64,000 bases of DNA from Acidobacteriota bacterium (GTDB lineage: Bacteria > Acidobacteriota > JAAYUB01). A program made the translations under genes and the position numbers. Positions 9,459 through 18,652 of the stretch are shown here, piece after piece. Below the pieces are notes generated by a model. It ran no database searches and was not told the DNA's origin. It saw nothing but the letters and a program-made list of their open reading frames with translations. The stretch covers positions 76,310-140,309 of the forward strand of contig JAFGRT010000122.1 in the NCBI GenBank assembly GCA_016935015.1. Direction: 5' to 3'. How positions within the stretch are numbered: position 1 is the stretch's first letter; each line of letters starts with the position of its first letter.

Positions 9459-10784
9459 ATGGAACCCATTATCGATATCAGCGACCTAAATAAAAAATAC
9501 GCCATCTATGCTCGTCCCTTCGATCGGGTGAAGGAACTGATGATGTTCGGACGGCGCAGTTTCCACCAGGAATTATGGGCGCTCCAGGACATCCAACTCC
9601 GTGTCCGTCCCGGCGAATCCATTGGCTTTATCGGCAGTAACGGTGCCGGGAAAAGCACACTGCTGAAAATGATTTCCGGAATCTCCAGCCCGACTTCGGG
9701 CCGCCTGGCCGTGCGGGGTCGCATCTCCGCCCTCATGGAACTCGGTGCCGGATTTCATGATGATTTCACCGGTCGCGAGAATATCTACATGAACTGTTCC
9801 ATTCTGGGGATGAGCCGGGAGCAGATCAACCGCAAACTCGATGAAATCATTGCCTTTTCCGAGCTGGGCGAATTCATCGATCGACCGATCAAGATCTATT
9901 CGACGGGGATGTTCATGCGACTGGGATTCTCCGTGGCCATCAACACCGAACCCGACATCCTGCTCATCGACGAGATCCTGGCGGTGGGCGACGAATATTT
10001 TCAGACTAAATGCTACGACAAGATCAAGGAATTCCGGAGTCAGGGCAAGACGGTCATCTTCGTGTCCCATTCCACCAACACGGTACGCGGGTTATGCGAG
10101 CGGGCCGTCTGGCTGGAAGGCGGCCGTATCCATGCTGACGGTGACAGTGTGGAGGTCACGGATCTGTATCTTAATTTCCAGCGCAACCGGATCGGACAGC
10201 GCCGCCAGCAGGAGGGCATATCCGAGGAGGCTTCACCACCCGGCGCCGATGCAGCGACATTGGAACCGGCGGAACCGGCCGTGGAAATTCCGGCCCTCAC
10301 CCGCCAGGGGACCCGGGAAGGTGAAATCCACAAGGTGGAAATCCTCGACGGTAACGAGCAACCCCGCGACGTGTTTGATTTTGGCGAGACCATCATCATC
10401 CGGCTTCATTTCCGGGCCCGGGGCCGGGTACCCAATCCAAACGTCGGCGTGTCCATCTGGCGAAACGACAACATCCTGAGCTACGGCTCCTCGTCGGCCA
10501 AGGATGCAGCTGGCCTCGAGGAACTGCCCGCCAATGGCTACGTGGACTATGTCATTCCCGACGCCACGTTGATGAATGGGGATTACGAGGTGTCGGCGGC
10601 CATCTTTTGTCCGGATGATATCCATCCCTACGATTTTCACAACCGGCTGTACCACTTTCAGGTCCGTTGCCGGCGGCGGGACGAAGGCGTGACCTATCTG
10701 AGACACTATTACCGCTATGTGTTCGACAACGGCCGGACAGTCATTACGCGGGAAGCGGACATGACGGCGCCGCGGCGCCGGTAA
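9459..10784 (+). CDS. wzt: Wzt-type ABC transporter ATP-binding protein (O-antigen/teichoic-acid exporter ATPase) with a C-terminal carbohydrate-binding beta-sandwich domain
   Basis: Walker A GSNGAGKST, ABC signature YSTGM, Walker B LLIDE. A ~190-aa C-terminal extension is typical of Wzt glycan-terminus-binding domains. Confidence 0.85.
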   Translation: MEPIIDISDLNKKYAIYARPFDRVKELMMFGRRSFHQELWALQDIQLRVRPGESIGFIGSNGAGKSTLLKMISGISSPTSGRLAVRGRISALMELGAGFHDDFTGRENIYMNCSILGMSREQINRKLDEIIAFSELGEFIDRPIKIYSTGMFMRLGFSVAINTEPDILLIDEILAVGDEYFQTKCYDKIKEFRSQGKTVIFVSHSTNTVRGLCERAVWLEGGRIHADGDSVEVTDLYLNFQRNRIGQRRQQEGISEEASPPGADAATLEPAEPAVEIPALTRQGTREGEIHKVEILDGNEQPRDVFDFGETIIIRLHFRARGRVPNPNVGVSIWRNDNILSYGSSSAKDAAGLEELPANGYVDYVIPDATLMNGDYEVSAAIFCPDDIHPYDFHNRLYHFQVRCRRRDEGVTYLRHYYRYVFDNGRTVITREADMTAPRRR

Positions 10785-10853
10785 TCCGGCAAATCTATCA
10801 TTGATTTCCATTCGCATCCGCAATAAAATGCTGATTTTCGCCGGAGAGCATGC

Positions 10854-12101
10854 ATGCCCCTGAATGACCGCCCCCTGCACATCTGCCTCATCTCCGAAGA
10901 GTACCCGCCCGATACCGGCTGGGGAGGCATTGGTACCTACACCTACAACCTGGCCCGCGGCCTGGTGCAGCAGGGCCAGCGCGTACAGGTGGTGGCCGGC
11001 TGCCTGAAGAGCGCCGCGACCGCGGAAGAAGAGGGTGTCCGGGTGCACCGCATCGGTTTCGCGGCGCCCAAACAACCTGTCAAACGTCTGATCTATCGGA
11101 TTTTCCAGGTGTACACGCACCGGATGCCCTACCTGCGCCGGAAACTCGAATTCGCTCACGCCGCCGCCGGCCTGATCCGGCGTCTGCACGATGCGGATCC
11201 CCTGGATCTGCTCGAAACGGCTGAATATGACGCCAACGGATACTTTGCTACCCGCTGGGGCCGCATCCCGGCCGTTGTAAAGATTCACACCCCGCTGCTG
11301 GTCAATTACCATCTCAACCGGCTGCCTGTTACCCGGGAGGTCCGCTGGTGCGATCGACTGGAACGCCGCCAGACCAGGCGGGCTGCCTGTATCACGACTC
11401 CCAGCCGGGCCATGAAACGCCTGGCGGAAGACTGGTTGCAACCCAGACGGGACATCCGGGTTCTGCCGAACCCCATTGACACGGAGGAGTTTTCGCCCGC
11501 GGGACCGGCGGTCCGCGACCCGGGGCGCTATCTGTTTTATACGGGGCGACTGGAACGGCGCAAAGGCGTCCATATCCTGCTGGAAGCGTTCCGGCGGGCC
11601 CGACATCGAATACCGGAGGTCAAACTGGTGCTGGCCGGGCATGACACTCCCACTTTTCAAACCGACGGCCGAACCGTTTCTTTCCGGGAATATCTGACGG
11701 CGAACGACCTTCTGGCGGACATCGGCGACCGGGTCATTTTTCTGGGCAAGGTGGACCGGCGCGAGTTGCCGGCCTATTACCGGGGCAGCGTGGCCGGAGT
11801 GTTCCCGTCCGAGGAATTTGAAAACTTCCCGTATACCTGCCTGGAAGCCATGGCGTGCGGTCGGGCGGTCATCGTGACGGACTCGGGCGGCATGGCCGAG
11901 ATGGTGACTGACGGCGTCAGCGGGCGGTGTGTGCCGGCCGGAGAAGCCGCCCCGCTGGCCGAAGCCCTGGTTGATGTGGCGCAACGGCCCGACATAACCG
12001 AACGAATGGGGACCGCCGCCCGTGGGCGCATCCTTGAGAATTACAGCATGGCGGCCATCTCTCGCCGGACCCTCGACCTGTATCATGAGGTGTGTTCATG
12101 A
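10854..12101 (+). CDS. Glycosyltransferase family 4 (GT-B, group 1)
   Basis: N-terminal EEYPPDTGWGGIGTY and a C-terminal E-X7-E region (FPSEEFENFPYTCLEAMACG) are present. Confidence 0.8.
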   Translation: MPLNDRPLHICLISEEYPPDTGWGGIGTYTYNLARGLVQQGQRVQVVAGCLKSAATAEEEGVRVHRIGFAAPKQPVKRLIYRIFQVYTHRMPYLRRKLEFAHAAAGLIRRLHDADPLDLLETAEYDANGYFATRWGRIPAVVKIHTPLLVNYHLNRLPVTREVRWCDRLERRQTRRAACITTPSRAMKRLAEDWLQPRRDIRVLPNPIDTEEFSPAGPAVRDPGRYLFYTGRLERRKGVHILLEAFRRARHRIPEVKLVLAGHDTPTFQTDGRTVSFREYLTANDLLADIGDRVIFLGKVDRRELPAYYRGSVAGVFPSEEFENFPYTCLEAMACGRAVIVTDSGGMAEMVTDGVSGRCVPAGEAAPLAEALVDVAQRPDITERMGTAARGRILENYSMAAISRRTLDLYHEVCS

Positions 12102-13033
12102 CCGACGCTCTGGAGACTCAGCGTCCGGATATCTCTGTCCTCGTCTGCACACGCAACCGCAGCGGCGCCCTCCGCGCCTGTGTCGGTTCCATCCTCGACA
12201 GCAGGTACCGGAATTTCGAGCTCCTCATTGTGGATCAGAGTGACGACCCGGAAACCGCTGCCTACGTCCGTTCCCTGGATGATCATCGGATCGAGTACCG
12301 GCCGACGGAAACCCGGGGGTTGTCTCGGGCGCGCAACCTGGCCCTGCGCCTGGCCCGTTCGCCCCTGGTCGCCTTCACCGACGATGACTGTATCTGCGAT
12401 CCGGGCTGGATCGGGGAAATCATACGCGAATTCAAAGAAAACGACGACATTTACGGACTCTTCGGCCGCGTACGTCCATGGGGGGATCGCTGGGACGAAG
12501 GACTGTTCTGTCACTGTCTCATCGATGATCCGGATGAGCGGACCGTCGCTGAGCCGGTTCCGCCCCACAAGTACCTGGGGCACGGTAACAACATGGCCTA
12601 TCGCCGGGAACTATTCCGCCGTGTCGGCCTTTACAATACACAAATGGGCGCCGGTACCCGCATGAAAAGCGGCGAAGATACGGATCTTACCTTCCGGGCC
12701 TTGCGGCAGCGGCTGCCGCTCAAATACTCTCCTGCTCCGCTGGTCTATCACGACAACTGGAACACGTTCGCCCAGGCCGATCGGATGGACCTGGGCTATG
12801 TCCTCGGTTTCGTCATGGTCTTCGGCAAGTTTACCCTGTATGGTGACAAGGTCGCCCGGCGCTGCCTCCGTGACCGGCTTGGCGAACTCATCAAAGATGA
12901 TCTGCGAAACTCGTTTCGCTACAAAAACTGGCCTAAATTCCGGCGGACATGGATCAAGCTTTTCTTTTATTTTCTGGGCTTTTTCCCGGCCCTCTATTTT
13001 CGCATGAAGGGCGACCTGGCCTGGACGGACTAG
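12092..13033 (+). CDS. Glycosyltransferase family 2
   Basis: The ISVLVCTRNR...FELLIVDQSDD...FTDDDC (DxD) GT-A signature is present. 10-nt overlap with the GT4 gene. Confidence 0.8.
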   Translation: MFMTDALETQRPDISVLVCTRNRSGALRACVGSILDSRYRNFELLIVDQSDDPETAAYVRSLDDHRIEYRPTETRGLSRARNLALRLARSPLVAFTDDDCICDPGWIGEIIREFKENDDIYGLFGRVRPWGDRWDEGLFCHCLIDDPDERTVAEPVPPHKYLGHGNNMAYRRELFRRVGLYNTQMGAGTRMKSGEDTDLTFRALRQRLPLKYSPAPLVYHDNWNTFAQADRMDLGYVLGFVMVFGKFTLYGDKVARRCLRDRLGELIKDDLRNSFRYKNWPKFRRTWIKLFFYFLGFFPALYFRMKGDLAWTD

Positions 13034-13097
13034 TACCTGCCATCTTTACCCGTTCCGTAAAAAGAATTTTTCCGCCGCCAGCGTGATGGTGTCGAGG

Positions 13098-13952
13098 CTA
13101 ATGCTTTTCCCTCGCGTCCGGTGACAGGAAATCAGTAATGGTGGGCAGGCTGTTCTCCAGATATTGACGGTATTCAATCCGGCGATATTCCGGCGGCGGC
13201 TGGAATTCCGCCGGTTCGCCGTCCCATTCGTGGATATCACGGGTAACCTTTTCATAGACCGCACTCCCCCGGCGATATTCGACGGAATAGATTTCCAGGC
13301 CGGTGGCGAACAGTTCAAGCAGCCGCGCCTGAATGGCCTGCGCCAGCAAATAATCGTCGCGGCCGCTGAACTCCCTGGCGAAAACGGATGTGACGGCATG
13401 AAACTGACGGAGCACCGGCAGGTATTGATCCAGCGGGAGATAATTTCCCGGTCGAATGGAATCGTCCAGCCAGATCTCGTGGATCAATTCCTTGCCGTAC
13501 AGCAGGCGATACTTCAGGCAATCGCGGCCCCGGTTCTTTTCCCGTTGGTGATAATCAAGCTTGATGCCGGGCAGAAATGAATTGTCTGTTTCATCCATCA
13601 TCGCCTGCTCGGCGAGATGATAGGTTTCCCGCACTTTCCTGGTGAGCTGTGTGATTTCCCGTCGCATCTCGGCCAGTGAGGCATCGATATCCCCCCCATA
13701 CCAGGTGCGGGTGGCGTGATCGATCAAAAAGATTTTGTTTTCATGGATGTTCAATACGAGAGCGCCATCCGGGGTGTTCTCCGACCAATGGCCCTGCCAC
13801 CAGCGATGAACGCTCTCCTCGCTGTATTCAATGCCCTCGCCCAAGCTGCGGACGGTTACGGTGAATTCGAGGCCTTTCTCGGCAAGACCCGACACCGGCG
13901 AAATACAAAGCCACACCAGCAAACCCACCATCATCCAATAATATCTATTCAT
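13098..13952 (-). CDS. Hypothetical secreted protein (signal peptide, then ~260 aa of unknown function)
   Basis: Trimmed to the ATG at 13952 (MNRYYWMMVGLLVWLCISPVSGLA, a classic signal peptide) with AAAGGA upstream. The upstream extension in the track overlaps the nitroreductase gene. Confidence 0.55.
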   Translation of the reverse strand: MNRYYWMMVGLLVWLCISPVSGLAEKGLEFTVTVRSLGEGIEYSEESVHRWWQGHWSENTPDGALVLNIHENKIFLIDHATRTWYGGDIDASLAEMRREITQLTRKVRETYHLAEQAMMDETDNSFLPGIKLDYHQREKNRGRDCLKYRLLYGKELIHEIWLDDSIRPGNYLPLDQYLPVLRQFHAVTSVFAREFSGRDDYLLAQAIQARLLELFATGLEIYSVEYRRGSAVYEKVTRDIHEWDGEPAEFQPPPEYRRIEYRQYLENSLPTITDFLSPDAREKH

Positions 13953-13962
13953 GCTAATCCTT

Positions 13963-14553
13963 TCAGGAGTGATAATCCGGAGCATCCGGCGCGCGGAAAT
14001 CGTTCCATGATACGATTTCCACCAGCTGTTTTCGACGCAAATCGTGGTCGACCGGTTCATCGAGCCGGATGCCTTCGTCCGGGTAACCGGCCACCAGCAA
14101 GGCCAGGATGGTGTAAGCCGGAGGAATGTGCAGCAGACGGCGGATTTTCTTTTCGGAAAACCAGCCGATCCAACACGACCCAAGGCTCAACTCGGTGGCC
14201 ATGAGACACATGTGCTCACCGGCGATGGCCACGTCAAGGCGGTGGCAGTCCTTGTCGATCCATTGGGCCGCCTGGTGGATCAGTGGATGGGGCCGGCCGC
14301 AGAGGACGAACACCAGGGGAGCATCGGCCATCCATTTGTTGATCCGTGTCCCTGCCGGCGCGCACAGAGCCATTTCGCGGATCAGGGCCGGCCGGTCCAC
14401 CGTGACGATATGCCAAGGTTGCTGGTTGCAGGCCGAGGGAGCCAGTCTCGCCGCTTCCAGGATCAGCGCCACCTTCTCCGGTTCCACCGTTTGTGGCCGA
14501 TAGCTCCGCACACTGCGGCGCCGCCGCAGCAGGTCCAAAAAAGCGCTTTCCAT
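13963..14553 (-). CDS. Nitroreductase-family protein (FMN-dependent)
   Basis: The RRSVRSY...APSACNQQPWHIV nitroreductase fold signature is present. The ATG at 14553 is preceded by AAGGAGGA. Confidence 0.75.
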   Translation of the reverse strand: MESAFLDLLRRRRSVRSYRPQTVEPEKVALILEAARLAPSACNQQPWHIVTVDRPALIREMALCAPAGTRINKWMADAPLVFVLCGRPHPLIHQAAQWIDKDCHRLDVAIAGEHMCLMATELSLGSCWIGWFSEKKIRRLLHIPPAYTILALLVAGYPDEGIRLDEPVDHDLRRKQLVEIVSWNDFRAPDAPDYHS

Positions 14554-14646
14554 CCGGAAATCCTCCTTACGCGGAGCTTGTTTGTCAAGGAATCCCATTA
14601 TATAATGATCGGCTGAAAATACGGAAATCCTTTACGGAGAAGAGGC

Positions 14647-14949
14647 ATGACTTCCAAAAAAGCAAAGACCCTGAAAATCAGATGTCCTCACTGCCATTGC
14701 ACCATGAAGATCGACGCCGGCAGCGGGGACGTCCTGCTGGTGGAGAAGCCGGAAAACCGGGAAGTGGAAACCTTCGAGGACGCCCTGGAAATCGAGCGCC
14801 GTCACGAGGAACGCAAGGCCGGACTTTTTGAAGAGGCCATCCGGCTGGAGCGAAAGCGTAAACAGCTGCTCGAGAAAAAATTCAAGGAGTCGCAAAGTTC
14901 CACGGATGACGACGGTTCGCCGCCGCCAAGCCCGTTTGATTTTGCCTGA
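14647..14949 (+). CDS. Small zinc-ribbon (CPHCHC) protein with a charged helical C-terminus; hypothetical
   Basis: 100-aa ORF with a GGAGAAGAGG ribosome-binding site. A CxxC-type motif is near the N-terminus. It sits directly upstream of the citrate lyase genes. Confidence 0.4.
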   Translation: MTSKKAKTLKIRCPHCHCTMKIDAGSGDVLLVEKPENREVETFEDALEIERRHEERKAGLFEEAIRLERKRKQLLEKKFKESQSSTDDDGSPPPSPFDFA

Positions 14950-14995
14950 TCCGGCCGCATGTCGCCGATAAATATTTCCGTTCCGAGGTGAATTC

Positions 14996-16189
14996 ATGGG
15001 TCAAATGCATGCCGAGGCCGGACGCCGTGAAGCTTCCGTCCGCTCTGATTGTTATGTAACCATTGACCGGCGCGATTCCGGTGGGCTGGCCATCGACATC
15101 CGCGGCAAGTCTGAAAGGTTTTATCGATCCTCCATTGTTCAGGCGGTGGAGGCCATGCTCGAACAATACGGGATTCGGGCGGCGGCAGTCCGGATCGATG
15201 ATTTCGGGGCGCTGCCCTTCACCCTGAACGCCCGCCTGGAATGCGCCATCCGGCGGCTGGGCAAGGAATTCGATCACCCGCCGGCCCAGTTTCCGACTTC
15301 CCTTTCCAATTATACCGTCGCTCGGGACCGTTTCCGGCGCAGTCGCCTCTATTTGCCGGGGAACGAGCCGAAGTTTATAGTCAACGCCGGATTGCATCAG
15401 CCCGACGGTATCATCCTCGATCTGGAGGACAGTGTGGCGCCCGCCGAGAAGGACACCGCCCGGATTCTGGTACGGAACGCGTTGCAGGAAGTGGATTTCT
15501 ACGGCGCGGAGAAGATGGTGCGCATCAACCAGCTGCCGCTCGGACTGGCCGATCTTGACGAAATCATCCCTTGCCATGTTCACACCATCCTGATCCCCAA
15601 ATGTGAGAGCGGACAACAGGTCGCAGAAGTCGCTGATCGGATCAGGCATATTCGCGCCAAAACCGAACAGCCGGAGCCGGTATACCTGATGCCCATCCTG
15701 GAGAGCGCCCGGGGCATTCTGCGGGCTGATGAGATCGGTGCCGCCTCGCCGTTGAATGTGGCACTGACCATCGGCCTGGAGGATTTTACCGCCGATATCG
15801 GTGCCGAGCGCACCCAGGAAGGCCGTGAAAGCTTCCAGGCCCGCTCCATGGTGGTCTTGGCCGCCCGCGCCCACGGCCTGCAGCCCATCGATACAGTGTA
15901 CTCCGATGTTCAGAACGAGGATGGCCTGCGGCAAAGCACGCTCGAATCCAAGCAGCTGGGCTTCGAAGGCCGGGGCTGTATCCACCCTCGCCAGATCCGG
16001 GTGATCCATGAGGCGTTCGCGCCATCGCCGCCGGAGATCGAGCGGGCCGGACGGATCGTCGACGCTCTGCGGGAGGCCGAGGCCCGTGGCAGCGGTGTGG
16101 TCGCTTTGGGGAGCAAGATGATCGATCCCCCCGTCGTCAAGCGGGCGCAGAAGATCCTTAAGCTGGCCAAACAGCTCGGACTGCGCTGA
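14996..16189 (+). CDS. citE: Citrate lyase acyl-carrier (gamma, CitD) domain fused to the citrate (pro-3S)-lyase beta subunit / citryl-CoA lyase (CitE)
   Basis: The N-terminal ~95 aa resemble CitD (SVRSDCYVTIDRRDSGGLAIDIRG). The rest is HpcH/HpaI-family CitE (ILDLEDSVAP, MPILESARG, ALTIGLEDFTADIG). Confidence 0.8.
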   Translation: MGQMHAEAGRREASVRSDCYVTIDRRDSGGLAIDIRGKSERFYRSSIVQAVEAMLEQYGIRAAAVRIDDFGALPFTLNARLECAIRRLGKEFDHPPAQFPTSLSNYTVARDRFRRSRLYLPGNEPKFIVNAGLHQPDGIILDLEDSVAPAEKDTARILVRNALQEVDFYGAEKMVRINQLPLGLADLDEIIPCHVHTILIPKCESGQQVAEVADRIRHIRAKTEQPEPVYLMPILESARGILRADEIGAASPLNVALTIGLEDFTADIGAERTQEGRESFQARSMVVLAARAHGLQPIDTVYSDVQNEDGLRQSTLESKQLGFEGRGCIHPRQIRVIHEAFAPSPPEIERAGRIVDALREAEARGSGVVALGSKMIDPPVVKRAQKILKLAKQLGLR

Positions 16190-16227
16190 TCGTCGGAATT
16201 CATTCTGTTTTATCGCCAGGAGAACGC

Positions 16228-17778
16228 ATGATGATTAAAAATGTGCTTGGTCGTGTCTTGCCGGAAGAGATTAACGGTTTGAAAACCATTCCCTACCAGG
16301 GAGTGGGGAAATATATCCCCCGGGGGCGCAAGGCGGCGCCGCCCATCGCTTCCTGCGCCAACTATCCGTCCGACGGTAACAAGGTCGTGTCCAGCCTGCG
16401 AGAGGCCCTGGAAAAATGCGGCCTGCGGGATGGCATGACCCTCTCGGCACACCACCATTTTCGTAATGGCGACAAGTTGATGAACATGCTGTTTGACACG
16501 GCGGCGGAGATGGGGGTCAGGGACCTGATGTTCTATCCCAGCGCCACCTTCCCCTGCCATGAACACCTGATCCGTCATCTGGACGCCGGTGTCATCCACC
16601 ACATCGAAGGCAGCCTGAATGGTCCCCTCGGCGCTTACTGCTCGGCCGGCAAAATGAGGGGGCTGGGGGTGTTGCGTTCGCATGGTGGCCGGTATACGGC
16701 CCTGCAGGATGGCGAGGTCCACGTAAACATCGCCGTCATCGCCGCCCCCACGGCGGATCCCTTCGGCAACGCCACGGGTAGCCGGGGGCCGTCGGCCTGC
16801 GGCCTGCTGGGTTTTGCCCTGGGTGATTCCCAGTACGCCGACAAGGTCATCGTCGTCACCGATAACCTGGAGCCGTTTCCCTGCGCCCCGTTCCAGATCC
16901 ACGGCAATCTGGTGGATTGGGTGGTGGTGGTGGACGAGATCGGTGACCCGTCGAAGATCGTCTCGGGAACCACTGAACTGACCAAAAGCCCGGATCGTCT
17001 CTACATCGCTGAGCTGACCGCCCGCTTCATCGAGGCGGCCGGCATCATGCGAGACGGCTTTTCCATGCAGGCCGGCGCCGGCGGCACAAACCTGGCCTTC
17101 GCCATTTTTCTGCGAGACCTGATGCGCGAGGCCGGCGTCAAGGCACGCTTCATCCGGGGCGGATCCACCAAATACCTGGTGGAGATGCTGGAAGAAGGTC
17201 TCACGGATTTCATCCTCGACGGCCAGACTTTCGACACGGTGGCCGTGGAATCCATCCGGAATCACCCCAACCGGCATGTCACCACTTCGCCGTTCACTAG
17301 CTATAACTATCATTCCAAAGGGAATTTCGCATCCATTGTCGATGTGGCCGTGTTGGGCGCCACCGAAGTGGATATCCAGTTCAATGCCAACGTGGCTACC
17401 CATTCCGACGGGATCCTGCAGCATGGCCTGGGCGGCTGGCCCAACTGCCTGGCCGCCAAGTGCACCATCCTCGCTCTGCCCTCTTTCCGCGACCGCATTC
17501 CGGTACTGGTGGACGAGGTCACCACGGTCTGCGGACCGGGCGAATTGATCGACGTCATCGTCACGGAACGAGGGATTGCCATCAATCCACGTCGACAGGA
17601 TCTCCTTGACGCCACAAAGGATGCGCACTTACCGGTTCGGCCGATCCAGGAAATCCAGGCAGAAGTGGAGCGGATCTGCGGCGGCAAACCCGAACCGCCG
17701 CAATACGGCGAGAATTTTGTGGCGGCCATCAAGTGGGTGGACGGCACGGTGATGGACGCCCTCCGCGAGTTGCGGTAA
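16228..17778 (+). CDS. citF: Citrate lyase alpha subunit (citrate CoA-transferase)
   Basis: 516 aa with a CitF-typical organisation. A GGAGAACGC ribosome-binding site is present and the gene lies immediately downstream of citDE. Confidence 0.85.
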   Translation: MMIKNVLGRVLPEEINGLKTIPYQGVGKYIPRGRKAAPPIASCANYPSDGNKVVSSLREALEKCGLRDGMTLSAHHHFRNGDKLMNMLFDTAAEMGVRDLMFYPSATFPCHEHLIRHLDAGVIHHIEGSLNGPLGAYCSAGKMRGLGVLRSHGGRYTALQDGEVHVNIAVIAAPTADPFGNATGSRGPSACGLLGFALGDSQYADKVIVVTDNLEPFPCAPFQIHGNLVDWVVVVDEIGDPSKIVSGTTELTKSPDRLYIAELTARFIEAAGIMRDGFSMQAGAGGTNLAFAIFLRDLMREAGVKARFIRGGSTKYLVEMLEEGLTDFILDGQTFDTVAVESIRNHPNRHVTTSPFTSYNYHSKGNFASIVDVAVLGATEVDIQFNANVATHSDGILQHGLGGWPNCLAAKCTILALPSFRDRIPVLVDEVTTVCGPGELIDVIVTERGIAINPRRQDLLDATKDAHLPVRPIQEIQAEVERICGGKPEPPQYGENFVAAIKWVDGTVMDALRELR

Positions 17779-17848
17779 AATCTTTACAGCACCCCGCGCG
17801 TATGTTACCGTAAAAGTGAATTTTCCGACATGCAGGGAGTACCAGCCG

Positions 17849-18151
17849 ATGAGGAAACTGATTCGTCCCAGCCAGCAGGAACTTGAGGAATTGCGCCAGC
17901 GTTACTCCAAGGAGCAGAGTTCCCAGGTAAAGCGCGCCCGGATCCCACGGGACGATACCGGCAAGGAAGCGAAGTTTCTGCGCGAATGTATCGACCGCCA
18001 GGTACCTGTGCGGATCAAGCTGCGGGACGGACGCGAAGTCACCGGCGTCATCGAGTATTACGATCAGTCGTTCATCCGCCTCACCGTCCGCCAGGCGCCA
18101 AACGAGTTCATTTACAAGAAGGACATTCTGTACCTGCAGCCCGAGCGTTGA
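17849..18151 (+). CDS. Hfq-like Sm-fold RNA-binding protein with a ~45-aa N-terminal extension
   Basis: Sm1/Sm2-like pattern VPVRIKLRDGREVTGVIEYYDQSFIRL...EFIYKKDILYLQP, compared with Hfq [27 protein letters not shown]...QMVYKHAIST. An internal ATG at 17849 was used. Confidence 0.5.
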   Translation: MRKLIRPSQQELEELRQRYSKEQSSQVKRARIPRDDTGKEAKFLRECIDRQVPVRIKLRDGREVTGVIEYYDQSFIRLTVRQAPNEFIYKKDILYLQPER

Positions 18152-18181
18152 GACGGATCTCCCCATCATCCCCACGTTAAA

Positions 18182-18215
18182 CGGCGGCCACATCGGGCCG
18201 CCGCCGTTGTTTTTC
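18182..18215. terminator. Rho-independent terminator (bidirectional position between convergent genes)
   Basis: CGGCGGCC-acatcg-GGCCGCCG perfect 8-bp stem, followed by the T-run ttgttttt. Confidence 0.6.
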
Positions 18216-18231
18216 GTAAGGCCGACGAAGC

Positions 18232-18651
18232 TCAGGCCGTCAGGGCTTGTAACAGCAGGTACATCCAGTTGACCATCAGGAGAAGCCCTGCTCCGATTGC
18301 CAGGCCGATTTTTTCCCCGCGACTGAACCGGAACCGCACTTCCGGTCCGCCCAGCAACCAGCGCCACAGCACGTAGATCGCCCCCAGCACGCTGCCCAGG
18401 AACAGGATGGCCCCAGCCGGCGATGTCGCCACGGCCTCGAGCGTCAGCCCGTGCATCATCCGGACATAACAGGTGGTCATGCCGCAGCCCGGGCAGGGCA
18501 ATCCCGTTACAGACCGGAAGCCGCAGAGAGGCACCTGAACGGTGTCAAAGGGAAAAAACCGGGCGACCAGAAGGGCGGCAAGGCTGAAGAATCCGAAATA
18601 ATCGAGACTCTCCAGGCGACGCGGCATGTCCCGGCAAAGGATAATCTTCAC
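18232..18651 (-). CDS. DUF2752-like small membrane protein with a CPGCG zinc-ribbon-like motif
   Basis: 139-aa ORF (GTG start abutting the mlaD stop, or ATG at 18627). Motif LPCPGCGMTTCY and 3-4 TM segments. Confidence 0.5.
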   Translation of the reverse strand: MKIILCRDMPRRLESLDYFGFFSLAALLVARFFPFDTVQVPLCGFRSVTGLPCPGCGMTTCYVRMMHGLTLEAVATSPAGAILFLGSVLGAIYVLWRWLLGGPEVRFRFSRGEKIGLAIGAGLLLMVNWMYLLLQALTA

Positions 18652-18652
18652 G

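Noticed and set aside
10233-12086. 617-aa minus-strand ORF
   Set aside because: It is antisense to a GT4 glycosyltransferase with clear signature motifs. Its translation is featureless and G/R/P/A-rich. It is a high-GC artifact.
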